From IMG/VR virus record IMGVR_UViG_3300016662_000119, positions 270-64,269 of that record: DNA of 64,000 bases; one strand, 5' to 3'. Below the pieces are notes generated by a model. That model was not told the origin of the DNA and ran no database searches. It saw nothing but the letters and a program-made list of their open reading frames with translations. Of this stretch, positions 27,204-36,191 are shown piece after piece (position 1 is the stretch's first letter; each line of letters begins with the position of its first letter). Source of the stretch: a virus (Duplodnaviria; Caudoviricetes). A program made the position numbers and the translations under genes.

Positions 27204-28196
27204 TTACTTGGTCGCGTCACCGATGGTGATCACGCCCGCCGTATGCTTGTCGCTGGTGGCGACCTTGTCCCAGTTGGAGCCGGTGCCCAGTGCGGCATCG
27301 GATGGCGACTTGCCGCCCGAGGCTTCATCCCAGGTGTAGCCCTTCAAGCCCAGCCCGAAGGTGTAGTCGACCTGCATCGTGGTTTCGATACGCTGATTGC
27401 CGTTGCTCGTTTCGATGTTGCTGATAATGTCCGAGCCGTCGGTAACGGTTGCAGCACCCTCGGCCAGGGACAGCACGCGCAGCTTGGCAGGTGCCGCAGG
27501 ACCAGGCGCAGGGCCGACGGCAGCCGAGTACAGTGCCGGCGCGTCGGTAACCACCACCGGCTTGCCCAGCACATCCACCACGCGGACGTTTTGGGCCTGG
27601 AACAGCTGAGTAGCATTGGCCAGGTTGGCGCCGATCAACTTGTGGAAGGTCGTGCCGTTCATGATCTGCGCCACCAGGTTGCCGCTGTGGTCGCCGAACT
27701 TGCCATGGGCTTCGTTCATGGCGATATAGTCCACACCACGCGTCGCGCTCACATCGTTGACCGTGTTGGCGTTGTTGCTGATGGCCGCCACCAGCGCCAG
27801 GATGGCGGTGTTCAACTGGTCCGCCAGCATCGCTTCGGCGAAATTGCGCGAGGCAACTTCGATGCCTTCAGCCGTCGGCTTGTGCAGCCAGGTCATCTGC
27901 GATGGCTCGAAGCGGATCGGGCCGAAGCCACCCGCAATCTTCACCGAGTTGTGCTTCAACTGGGTCAGGTCGGTCGACGCGGCCACGCCATTGGCACCGT
28001 AGCGATTAACGCGGCGCTGGGCAGAATGGATAGCCGCAAAGAAGGATTCCTGCAGGAAGTCGCCTTCGAAGCCTTCGGTGGTCAGGCGGATGGCGCCGTT
28101 ACTGGCGGCGTTGAACTTGTCCACCATCTGCGCCAGCGTCTCGATGGTCGCCGGCATGATGTACTTGTTGAAGACTTGCATTTGGGAGAGAGACAT
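27204..28196 (-). CDS. Major capsid protein
   Basis: 330 aa downstream of the scaffold gene, with size and position typical of an HK97-fold coat protein. Confidence 0.88.
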   Translation of the reverse strand: MSLSQMQVFNKYIMPATIETLAQMVDKFNAASNGAIRLTTEGFEGDFLQESFFAAIHSAQRRVNRYGANGVAASTDLTQLKHNSVKIAGGFGPIRFEPSQMTWLHKPTAEGIEVASRNFAEAMLADQLNTAILALVAAISNNANTVNDVSATRGVDYIAMNEAHGKFGDHSGNLVAQIMNGTTFHKLIGANLANATQLFQAQNVRVVDVLGKPVVVTDAPALYSAAVGPAPGPAAPAKLRVLSLAEGAATVTDGSDIISNIETSNGNQRIETTMQVDYTFGLGLKGYTWDEASGGKSPSDAALGTGSNWDKVATSDKHTAGVITIGDATK

Positions 28197-28199
28197 TTT

Positions 28200-28979
28200 T
28201 TAGCCTTTCGCTAATTCGGGATATTGAGCAGCAAAAGCAGCGGCACGCTCTTCGCGCGTCCCGCCGAGATTGCCCGTTTGTTTTTGGCCGCCACCGCCGC
28301 CTTGATGTGCACCGCTGCCGGATGCGCCCGAGCCTTTGAGGATCTGATCCTTGTAGGGATACTGGTCCACCAGGGTTTCGAGTGCTTCATCAAAGTCAGC
28401 CAGATCCCCTGGGCGCGTGCGCGAGAAAATCTTGTTGCCAGCGCCGTCGTAGGCGACGACCTTGCCTGTCTCGACCTTGAAGGCCTGGCCGAAACGCGCC
28501 TGGACCAGGTCGACCGGAATGGCAAACTTGTCGGCGATGAGTTTCGAGCGATTGAAGCTGCCGCCGATCATTTCCGAATACAGGTTGCCGGTAATGGCGT
28601 CCAGTTCGGTCTTGGTGCGGGCCAATTCGTCGGCGTGGGCCTTGTTGGCGGCGGCGACCTGCTCTTCAGCCGCCTTCTTCGCTGCCAGCTTGATTTCTTC
28701 AACCTTGCCGGCGGCGACCAACTTGCCTTCGTCGACGTTCTTCATCAGTTCGATCGCCTTCGCTGCAGCGGCAGGGTCGTCAATGCCAGCGAACGCTTGC
28801 AGCTTTGCCTCAGCAGCTTCCTTGGCTTCGCGGTGAGACTTGGCCTCGCCGTTCAAACCTTGGATCTTCTGCACGGCGGCGGCCGCATCGAACGGGACTT
28901 CCTTCCCATCGTCATGTACGTAGACTGGCTTGCCATCCTGGACAACGACATTGCCATTTGCATCGAGTTTGAGTTTCAT
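28200..28979 (-). CDS. Capsid scaffolding protein
   Basis: MKLKLDANGNVVVQDGKPVY, a coiled-coil middle and a Gly-rich tail (SGASGSGAHQGGGGG). Confidence 0.8.
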   Translation of the reverse strand: MKLKLDANGNVVVQDGKPVYVHDDGKEVPFDAAAAVQKIQGLNGEAKSHREAKEAAEAKLQAFAGIDDPAAAAKAIELMKNVDEGKLVAAGKVEEIKLAAKKAAEEQVAAANKAHADELARTKTELDAITGNLYSEMIGGSFNRSKLIADKFAIPVDLVQARFGQAFKVETGKVVAYDGAGNKIFSRTRPGDLADFDEALETLVDQYPYKDQILKGSGASGSGAHQGGGGGQKQTGNLGGTREERAAAFAAQYPELAKG

Positions 28980-29053
28980 TTGGTGGCTTTCCGGGCATCC
29001 GCCCTTGTGAATGGCCTTCCGGCCGTGCACCGCGTCGCGTCCGCTTGCGGCAT

Positions 29054-29118
29054 AAAAAAAGGCCGCCTGGTTGCCCGGGCGGCCTGAAATGAATATAAAA
29101 ACCCGCCGTGACGGGTTT
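29054..29118 (-). terminator. Two tandem terminators
   Basis: AAAAAAAGGCCGCC...GGCGGCCT and AAAAACCCGCCGTGACGGGTTT. Confidence 0.6.
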
Positions 29119-29137
29119 GCTGATTTGCGTTTCTAAC

Positions 29138-29386
29138 TTATAGCCAATATTTGCTCAACTCGCGTTGAATGGCGCTTTCTAGAATATCTTTATCGACTTT
29201 TCCGTTTGCCCCAAGGCGTATGGATAAATGGAGGGCATAGTCACTCCCCTCCCTTCGGACCGAGTCGCATTCAATGAATTCGTTTTTCTCGTCGCCGGTA
29301 AAGTAGGCGAAGAAATCGAACCCATCACCTTTAACCCAGTAACCGCACCGCTTATCATCATGCTCAACAAATATATTGAACGCCAT
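29138..29386 (-). CDS. AT-rich 82-aa moron, unknown function
   Basis: ORF between MuF and scaffold with an acidic/aromatic composition. Confidence 0.65.
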   Translation of the reverse strand: MAFNIFVEHDDKRCGYWVKGDGFDFFAYFTGDEKNEFIECDSVRREGSDYALHLSIRLGANGKVDKDILESAIQRELSKYWL

Positions 29387-29437
29387 CTTTACGCCTTCCA
29401 GTAATCAATGTTTTAGGTAAATTACCTATTTTTCATT

Positions 29438-30658
29438 TTACTGGTACTTCGCCCGCAATTGCTCCAACGTCAGCTTGCGGCCCTTCAAGTTCATCAAGTC
29501 ATTCAGCGTGATCTTGCCCGCCTCATACATCTCGGCGCGGCCCGGGCCCAGATATTCGGCACGCCAGGCCTCGCCCTTGCTGGCGAGAAAGTCCTTGAAG
29601 TTCATCTTGCTACTCACCGGGCCGCCATCGCTGGGGCGCGTGCTATCGCCCGGCTCATCCAGCTCGATGCCAAGGTCGGCAAAGGACTTGGTGCGCGTGC
29701 TGAGGACACAGCGGCAGCTGAAATGAATGGCGCCGGGCCCTCCCGCCCATTCGTGAGTGTGATTGATCGGCTCCTGGTCGTGCAGCGAGTACTCGTGCAG
29801 GTCTCGCATCGCACACAGCAGGCAGGTATGCGAATCGAGCGTGCTGAGCCAGACCAGGCACTCGATTAGGTCCGCATTCTGCTGAAACGAGGCCAGCCGG
29901 GCAGCGTTGGCCACGGCCTGCACCGAACTGTGCACCAGCGCGCGCGCATTTGCGGCTGACGTTTTCAGGATGCCCTGCTCGCCCGGCGCAACCGGATCTG
30001 GCGCGGCGCCAGGCGGCTTGGCGGCTGGATCAACTGGCGGCATACCCGGCTTCGTTGCTGGCCCGGCGGGCGGCGCCTTCGAGTCGGGCATTGGCGGCGT
30101 GGCAGGCAATGCCGGCTTGTTTGTCGGCGAATCGGCCGCCTTGGCGCTCTTGCCAAGTACGCGCGACACGATCTGCGACGTCGTCTCACCCTGCGCAGCA
30201 CCGAGCCGGACCTGGCTGGCGAAGCGGAATTGCGTATCAAGTGCCTGGCGCTTCCACCAATCCGCCGACGAGGCGCCTTTGATCAGGGTGTCGCCGACCA
30301 GCTTTTCGAGGTAAGTGGCTGGCGGAAGCTTGGCGCCCAGTTCGATCTTGAGGCCCTGCGTCAACACCTTGGCCGTGTAATCGGCCTCGATGCGCACCAT
30401 GCCGGTCAGGTTACGGGACATTTCCGCCTGCATTCCGGTGTAGTGGGACGAGATCACCGCATTCGACTCGCGCAGCAGCGCGGCCAGCCGCTGTTTCCCA
30501 TAACTCGACACCTCCCCCTCGCCCAGCTTGGCAGCCAGCTCCTTCGACATGGCGCCCATCAGCGCAACGATCTTGCCCTGCACATCCGCCGAGAAGCGCA
30601 GCAGGTTCAAGGAGTGCACGAGGAACATCTCAGCAATCCACTCTTCAAGCGCACCCAT
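29438..30658 (-). CDS. Minor head protein (MuF / SPP1 gp7-like)
   Basis: WLSTLDSHTCLLCAMRD...PGAIHFSCRCVL. Follows the portal gene. Confidence 0.85.
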   Translation of the reverse strand: MGALEEWIAEMFLVHSLNLLRFSADVQGKIVALMGAMSKELAAKLGEGEVSSYGKQRLAALLRESNAVISSHYTGMQAEMSRNLTGMVRIEADYTAKVLTQGLKIELGAKLPPATYLEKLVGDTLIKGASSADWWKRQALDTQFRFASQVRLGAAQGETTSQIVSRVLGKSAKAADSPTNKPALPATPPMPDSKAPPAGPATKPGMPPVDPAAKPPGAAPDPVAPGEQGILKTSAANARALVHSSVQAVANAARLASFQQNADLIECLVWLSTLDSHTCLLCAMRDLHEYSLHDQEPINHTHEWAGGPGAIHFSCRCVLSTRTKSFADLGIELDEPGDSTRPSDGGPVSSKMNFKDFLASKGEAWRAEYLGPGRAEMYEAGKITLNDLMNLKGRKLTLEQLRAKYQ

Positions 30659-32023
30659 CTATGCCCCCGACAAATCAGGCCCAGCCGACTGGATGCGCTC
30701 TTGCTCCGTTTCCCAGTCCAGATCCGGAGAAAGGATGCCGCGGCGCTGCAGCTCGTTGAAGTACGTCTCGCCCGAGATTTTCCCGCCAGCGGCGCTCTTG
30801 AACAGCAGCTCTGCACTGGCCTCGGCGAGCGATGCGGCGCCGAAGTCTTTGAAAATGGTGATGTGACCGCCTTCGCCCTCCCCCACCCATTCAGCCATGA
30901 ACTGCAGCGCCTGGTCGCCTGCGTCCTCGACGTTGCCCGCGATCTTCTGCAGAGCGCATGCGCCCTGTTCGTTGTCGGCCAGGGTCTGCGATTCGGTCAC
31001 GTTGCCCGGCTTAATCACCAGCAGTTCGGCGCCAGCCTGGCGCATGCGGTCTTCAAGGTCGAGGATGGACAGACGGCCCGCCTCGATGGCCTTTCCACCG
31101 TGCTCGACGAATTTCAGGTCACCATCGGGTGAATCCGACTTTACTGCAGTCCCGGCGCCGACTGCGATATCGCTGCCTTCGAGCATCTTCGCAAACAGGA
31201 TCGGCACGCGCGCGATATGCAAAATGTTCTGCTGGTCGCTCTTGCTCTGCCAGTGCTCGATGTTGCTGTGCGCGAGCTCGAGCAGCGGTGGCGTGGCCTG
31301 CATGTAGCCCAGGCGCTTGCCGTAGACTGGCACAAAGGGGATAGTTTTCAGGCTCGTGACACCTTCCTCGAACAGTGCCCATTCCTTCTTGCTGCCGGTC
31401 TCGCGCTGGCGCCAGGTCTGCCAAATACCACGCCCCAGGACGCGCACCTGCTCGATTTCCTTGGTGTCGAAGTCACCATTCGGCTCGGACACGCTTTCCA
31501 ACAGCCGCAATTGGGTCAGCCCGTTCAGGCTGGTTGCATTCTTCGGCAGCCAGCCCAGGACGTTCTGCACATGCACCTGGACGAAGTACGGGCGCACGCC
31601 TGCGGCCTGCTCATCGGCCTTCGTGATCAAGTTGCCCGTCTTGGGGAAGTCGACCAAGATGCCGGCGAAGCCGTAGCCCATCGCCTCTTGGGTAATTTCC
31701 GAGAGGAAGCTATGCAGGTCGCGGCCGGACAGGTCGACATTTTGCAGCCAAGGCTTGAGCCGTTCCGGCACGTCCTCGCCCAGCGTCACCGGTTTGCTGA
31801 ATGGCTTGGCCGAGAGCACATCGATGGTGCGCGCATAGGCCGGGAACAGCGTGGCCACGGCCAAACGAAGGTCGTAGCTCCCGTTGTCCTCGCCTGGCCA
31901 CTGCGGCAGATACTTCTTGCCGGCCGCCCGCATGGTCTTCGTGCCGCCCAGCAGCGCGGCGATCAGCGCGCAATCCTCGTTCAGCTTGGCGGCTTCGGCT
32001 GATTGTGTGCGTACATCGGTCAT
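30659..32023 (-). CDS. Portal protein (DUF4055-like)
   Basis: 454 aa after the terminase. LLGGTKTMRAAGKKYLPQWP...Y..RL..A. Confidence 0.87.
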   Translation of the reverse strand: MTDVRTQSAEAAKLNEDCALIAALLGGTKTMRAAGKKYLPQWPGEDNGSYDLRLAVATLFPAYARTIDVLSAKPFSKPVTLGEDVPERLKPWLQNVDLSGRDLHSFLSEITQEAMGYGFAGILVDFPKTGNLITKADEQAAGVRPYFVQVHVQNVLGWLPKNATSLNGLTQLRLLESVSEPNGDFDTKEIEQVRVLGRGIWQTWRQRETGSKKEWALFEEGVTSLKTIPFVPVYGKRLGYMQATPPLLELAHSNIEHWQSKSDQQNILHIARVPILFAKMLEGSDIAVGAGTAVKSDSPDGDLKFVEHGGKAIEAGRLSILDLEDRMRQAGAELLVIKPGNVTESQTLADNEQGACALQKIAGNVEDAGDQALQFMAEWVGEGEGGHITIFKDFGAASLAEASAELLFKSAAGGKISGETYFNELQRRGILSPDLDWETEQERIQSAGPDLSGA

Positions 32024-32037
32024 GGAAATCCTTGTTG

Positions 32038-33324
32038 TTACATGCGCAGCGGCGCGGTGGTCGTCGTGCTCTTCACGATCGGGTAGCGCTTCACGAGGAA
32101 GTAGCCGTTCGCGTCATTCGGGTGGTCATGGCCAGATTTCTTGTCTGGCTGGCCATCGGCGCCCCACACCTGCTGCTCCAGCGCCTCAGTCGTCGTCGGG
32201 CACTGGTCGGTGTTGATCTTCCAGCGGCGCTCCCCCTGGGCGTTCAGAATCATGCCGTTGTAGGCGTTGACCCGGTCCTTGACCGCAGGGTTTGAGTGGT
32301 TCACTTCGAGCAGGAAGCCCGCCTGGCGCAAAATGGACAGGTCGGACTCGCTCGCGTTCTTGCTGCTGGTGTTCTGGCCGGACGCATCCGGGAAAATCTT
32401 CACCTGGTGGCCTTTGTCCTTGAAGTCTTCCTTGAGGATCCTGGCCATGGCTGGCGTGTCGCGCACCTGCACGCGCTCGGCCAGCGTGCGCGGCAGGCCG
32501 TCGCGCACCACGTTGACGCAGGCGGTCATGTTCTGGACGTTGAAGTCCAAGCCCACCATCAGCGGCTCGCCTGGCAAGATGATCTCGTTCGTGTGGTTCA
32601 GCGCGCGGTCGAAGTCCGCATACACGCTGCCGCTGGTCAGGTTGGTGAACTTGCCACGCAGGTAAGCGTCGATCAACGCCGGCGGGTAACTGGCCATCAG
32701 CGACGGGATATAGTCGTCTGGCAGGTTCAGCTCGTTGTCGAACGTGCTGGCCTGGATCAGGCCGTACAGGCTGGCCAGCTCCGGCTTATCCCGGATGGCC
32801 TTCACGAACTGCTGGTAGACGAACTTGAAGCCCTCGGGCGTCGTCGTCACGTCGATGCCGTTCATCAGGCCCGGCACCTTGTAGCGCATCCGGGCGATGA
32901 TCTTGCGCCAGGCCATCTGCGCCTTCTTCAGCGGCATCACGTCCAGTTCATCGATCAGCGCGTGGCCGATCTTGAAGCCGACGATGGTTTCCGGCTTCTC
33001 CATCGAGCGGCAGATGACCGTGCCACGGTACCGGCGGCCCTCGTACACCTCGACCTCGTGGTCGCCCTGCTTCACCTTGATGCGCAGGCCCATCGCATAG
33101 GCCACCTCCTCCATCGTGGGATAGAAGATGTCGCGAATCTGCGGATAGGTCGGTGCAAAATAGCCTTGGTTGATGCCTGGCCACTCCCAAAAGTGGGCGC
33201 AGATGCCCGCGCAGCCCACAAACGTCTTGCCGGAACCGAACCCGGCCACGTAGGCCTTGAACTTGTGCGGCAGCTGCAGGAAGCTAGACTGCGGGACGTT
33301 CAGGTCAAACTGGATTGTCGTCAT
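32038..33324 (-). CDS. terL: Terminase large subunit
   Basis: Walker A (AGFGSGKT), Walker B (ALIDE) and nuclease motifs GLDFN and DHPNDA. Confidence 0.93.
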   Translation of the reverse strand: MTTIQFDLNVPQSSFLQLPHKFKAYVAGFGSGKTFVGCAGICAHFWEWPGINQGYFAPTYPQIRDIFYPTMEEVAYAMGLRIKVKQGDHEVEVYEGRRYRGTVICRSMEKPETIVGFKIGHALIDELDVMPLKKAQMAWRKIIARMRYKVPGLMNGIDVTTTPEGFKFVYQQFVKAIRDKPELASLYGLIQASTFDNELNLPDDYIPSLMASYPPALIDAYLRGKFTNLTSGSVYADFDRALNHTNEIILPGEPLMVGLDFNVQNMTACVNVVRDGLPRTLAERVQVRDTPAMARILKEDFKDKGHQVKIFPDASGQNTSSKNASESDLSILRQAGFLLEVNHSNPAVKDRVNAYNGMILNAQGERRWKINTDQCPTTTEALEQQVWGADGQPDKKSGHDHPNDANGYFLVKRYPIVKSTTTTAPLRM

Positions 33325-33766
33325 GGTGCTTGGCGTCTTTCACGCCGAAGGTAATGGCGACAGGTGTGGGCGCCTGGTCGGCCGGCTCGGCCTTGCCCTT
33401 GTTCACGTAGATGTCGCCCACCTCCTTGGCGGCCTGCTCATAGAGACTGGCCACCAGCGGCAAGTTCCGCATGTTCTCGGCCTTCTGCGCCAGGCGGCCC
33501 AGGCCACGCAAGCGGAATGCCTTGCTGGCAATCGGGATTTCCTCGGCAGTGGAGCGGAACTTGGTCCGGGTCTCTTCAAAAATCGTTCGCCATTTCTGGC
33601 TCAGGTTCCTGCCGACGTAGGTATTCGGATCGTAGCAGGACACCTGCTGGCGGCTCACATCTAGCCCGAATTCCTCTTTTACCGCTATCGACACCTGCGT
33701 GGGCGAGTCGAAACAGGCCAGCGCGTTGACGATGTACAGCTTCACCTCGTCCTTGAGTGCGGCCAT
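33305..33766 (-). CDS. terS: Terminase small subunit (DUF2280-like)
   Basis: LACFDSPTQV..AVKEEFG..VSRQQV..YDP. Overlaps the terL start. Confidence 0.85.
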   Translation of the reverse strand: MAALKDEVKLYIVNALACFDSPTQVSIAVKEEFGLDVSRQQVSCYDPNTYVGRNLSQKWRTIFEETRTKFRSTAEEIPIASKAFRLRGLGRLAQKAENMRNLPLVASLYEQAAKEVGDIYVNKGKAEPADQAPTPVAITFGVKDAKHHDDNPV

Positions 33767-33796
33767 GTTTTAGTTTCCTGTAAAGCAACGTAAAGC

Positions 33797-34438
33797 CTAC
33801 GCGGCCTTCAGCAGACACGTTCCGCACGCCCTCGCTATGTTGATTTTCGCCACTTCTGGCGGTGTCTTTGCTGCGTCGATGATGCGCTGCACGTCCTCGC
33901 TGGCTCCGTAGCGCCGGACCACGCCGACGAACTCTTCGACGTCATGTGCGCGCATGCACAGCTTCGGCAGCCCGTATTTGTTGAAGGCCGGCGCGCCAAA
34001 TTCATCCTGCTCCTGTCCGATGTGATAAAGCTCGTGTTCGAGCAGCGCGCAGAATTCAGCGTCGCTGCAAGTCAGGCAATACGATGCGTCCAAGGTAATC
34101 AGGAAGTCCGGCACTGCGCCGAACCAGTCAACCATCTGCTGTTGCTGGCGGCCTTTCTGCCACGGCCCACAGCGGAACGTCACTTCCTCGCACTGGCCCA
34201 GCACGATGCGGCCTTGCTTGGCGAAGCCGTGTGGCGCCCACAGGAACTGCACATCGGCATATTCCAGGTGGGCGTGGTCTTCGTTGTAGAGCGCGCCGCC
34301 TTCGGTGAGGATGGTTGCGCGCGCCCACTTGAGCACCTCGAGCGCGGGCATGTAACGGTTGTTCAGCGGGTCGGCGAACTCGGGCGGCGGCATCGGGCGC
34401 GCTGAGGTGGGCGCAGCGGAATTTCGGTTTTTCTTCAT
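33797..34438 (-). CDS. Phage putative metallopeptidase
   Basis: HELYH zinc motif and HDVEEF. Confidence 0.8.
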   Translation of the reverse strand: MKKNRNSAAPTSARPMPPPEFADPLNNRYMPALEVLKWARATILTEGGALYNEDHAHLEYADVQFLWAPHGFAKQGRIVLGQCEEVTFRCGPWQKGRQQQQMVDWFGAVPDFLITLDASYCLTCSDAEFCALLEHELYHIGQEQDEFGAPAFNKYGLPKLCMRAHDVEEFVGVVRRYGASEDVQRIIDAAKTPPEVAKINIARACGTCLLKAA

Positions 34439-34442
34439 TCCG

Positions 34443-34532
34443 ACCTACTAGATGTAGTGTTTGACGGTAATTCTGGCGGTCTCAGCCCGGTAATTTTTGA
34501 CACTTTCGCTCGTCACCTACTAAATGTAGTGT
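34443..34532. repeat. Two 18-bp direct repeats ACCTACTA(G/A)ATGTAGTGT
   Basis: Copies at 34443-34460 and 34515-34532, each containing an imperfect palindrome. Confidence 0.75.
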
Positions 34533-34533
34533 C

Positions 34534-34779
34534 TCACGCGCCTTCGATGCTTAAATTGACCGGTGGCATGGTCGCGCCCAGCACCCACAGGGCGATAGAG
34601 CCGCCTGAATTCAGCACGGCCAGTTCCTCGACGCTCGGGCGCCAGTACGACACCACGGCGGGCAGATCGCCAACGTGCGTGCGCGTGATCGGCAGAGCGC
34701 CGCACGGCAGCTCGCCCTGGTCCCAGCCCGCTGGCGCGCCGAGAACGCCGTTATTCGATGGGTGTTGGATTTTCTGCAT
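34534..34779 (-). CDS. Conserved-type phage hypothetical protein
   Basis: MQKIQHPSNNGVLGAPAGWDQ...CGALP...SYWRPSVEELAVLNSGG. Confidence 0.7.
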   Translation of the reverse strand: MQKIQHPSNNGVLGAPAGWDQGELPCGALPITRTHVGDLPAVVSYWRPSVEELAVLNSGGSIALWVLGATMPPVNLSIEGA

Positions 34780-34998
34780 GGCTGCCTTCGTTGTGTCACC
34801 GCCCGCCCCCAGCAGGCGCCGCGGTGCATCGCGGCTGGAGTCCTCTGGATCTTTGCTACGTCGGTGAACTGCGCCCGTTTTGCAAGCCCTACCACAGGAG
34901 CGCGCTGGTAGTCGCAAAATCAACTAAAAAACACACTTTCGTAATACGAACTGCGAGTTAAGATTGCTTTTATCAAAACTCATCAGGAGGCTCGAATC

Positions 34999-35277
34999 AT
35001 GACCGATTTAGAAATAATGGCGGCGTTCATCCAAGCTCTCAGCGATCCACGTCCGAGGCCGCAGACCATCGAAGAGAAGATCGCCAAACTAATTGACATC
35101 GCCAACAGCCCATCTGCGAGCGAATTTCTGACCAAAATAGGAAACGAGTACATCGAATCCTCAAAATCAGCACTCTCGCTGAATGAAAGAAATTCATACC
35201 TCATTATTGGTTATGCATGCCTGGGGTACGCTGCAGAGCAGGCAGCAGCCGAACGAGCGCTAACTGGCGGCCGTTGA
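34999..35277 (+). CDS. 92-aa antisense moron, unknown function
   Basis: AGGAGG RBS before the ATG. Ends next to the 3' end of the tRNA. Confidence 0.65.
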   Translation: MTDLEIMAAFIQALSDPRPRPQTIEEKIAKLIDIANSPSASEFLTKIGNEYIESSKSALSLNERNSYLIIGYACLGYAAEQAAAERALTGGR

Positions 35278-35281
35278 GAAC

Positions 35282-35355
35282 TGGAGCGGGCGGCGGGAAT
35301 CGAACCCGCGTGGAAAGCTTGGAAGGCTTCCGCTCTACCATTGAGCTACGCCCGC
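35282..35355 (-). tRNA. tRNA-Gly (anticodon TCC)
   Basis: Reverse complement GCGGGCGTAGCTCAATGGTAGAGCGGAAGCCTTCCAAGCTTTCCACGCGGGTTCGATTCCCGCCGCCCGCTCCA folds as a full cloverleaf with an encoded CCA. Confidence 0.95.
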
Positions 35356-35637
35356 GAAATCTGGTTGCCAGTTACAGCGTCTGGCGCCGAATTGCCGGAG
35401 GTACAAAGTCCGTCGGCTGTTGTGCTGCGGCCTGCTCGGCGCATCCTGCTGGCTTCTTCGTCCCGGCTTAGCCTATGTCCGGTCGCCAGCGGTTGGCAGG
35501 TCTTGGTGATTCCATGGTTATAGGCTGCTTGATGCGCTAAGGCCTCGCCAGTGCCAAACTACCCGCTGCGCCGATGGCTAAATGCGCGGTAAGTCGCCTT
35601 CACATTTGCGCCGAATGGCGCTGGGATGAATTCTTCG

Positions 35638-35658
35638 CTACTTCATGGCGTACCTCCT
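35638..35658 (-). other. Two-codon minigene AGGAGG-N6-ATG AAG TAG
   Basis: Strong Shine-Dalgarno at 35653-35658, then Met-Lys-stop at 35646-35638. Confidence 0.5.
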
Positions 35659-35718
35659 TTTCAGGCCTGCGGCGGCATGTTCGCGCGCGCATCCAGCCAG
35701 TTCACATTTCAGGCAATG

Positions 35719-35895
35719 CTAATCGGCGTCCGCATCCAGCATGCGCTGGAACTGGCGCACCACGTCGATATCGAGTTGGTCGATGATTTCTTGCTGCGTT
35801 GGCGGCTCGACTGGCGTCATGTCGGTGACGATGCCGGCCATTTCCTGTGGCGTGCGGCGCCAGCGGAGGTGCTTGAGGAATTCGGCTGTAGCCAT
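35719..35895 (-). CDS. 58-aa hypothetical protein
   Basis: Hand-translated with a GAGG RBS: MATAEFLKHLRWRRTPQEMAGIVTDMTPVEPPTQQEIIDQLDIDVVRQFQRMLDADAD. Confidence 0.55.
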   Translation of the reverse strand: MATAEFLKHLRWRRTPQEMAGIVTDMTPVEPPTQQEIIDQLDIDVVRQFQRMLDADAD

Positions 35896-35923
35896 GACCG
35901 CCTCGAAAGTGGGCGCGCAATAG

Positions 35924-35947
35924 AAAAAGCCACCTCAAGGGTGGCTT
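35924..35947 (-). terminator. Terminator in the late leader (tR'-like position)
   Basis: AAAAAGCCACCTCAAGGGTGGCTT. Confidence 0.65.
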
Positions 35948-36191
35948 CAGTTTTTACTCCCACGGCTATCGTGCGTGGTGAGCGGCAAATTCAAGGCGAG
36001 CAGAGACGGCGCTGGGGCCGGGTACTGTCGCGAGTTCCAGCTATCGGCGCCAATATGGCGCGGGGTGCTGAAAAATTTTTACTATAAATTCACTTTATTA
36101 TTATAGCCAAATTATAGCAACATGAACATAGAAATTTTAAATTTACATACCACGACACTATAAAATTCAAAAAATTACAACAAAACTAAAG

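Noticed and set aside
29438-30658. MuF polymorphic toxin
   Set aside because: The protein ends in the short standard C-terminus with no toxin extension.
236-35646. Phage-wide TAG recoding, suggested by the in-frame TAG at 422 and ATG AAG TAG at 35638
   Set aside because: All long structural and replication ORFs are uninterrupted under the standard code, several genes end in TAG, and the only tRNA is Gly(UCC), not a suppressor.
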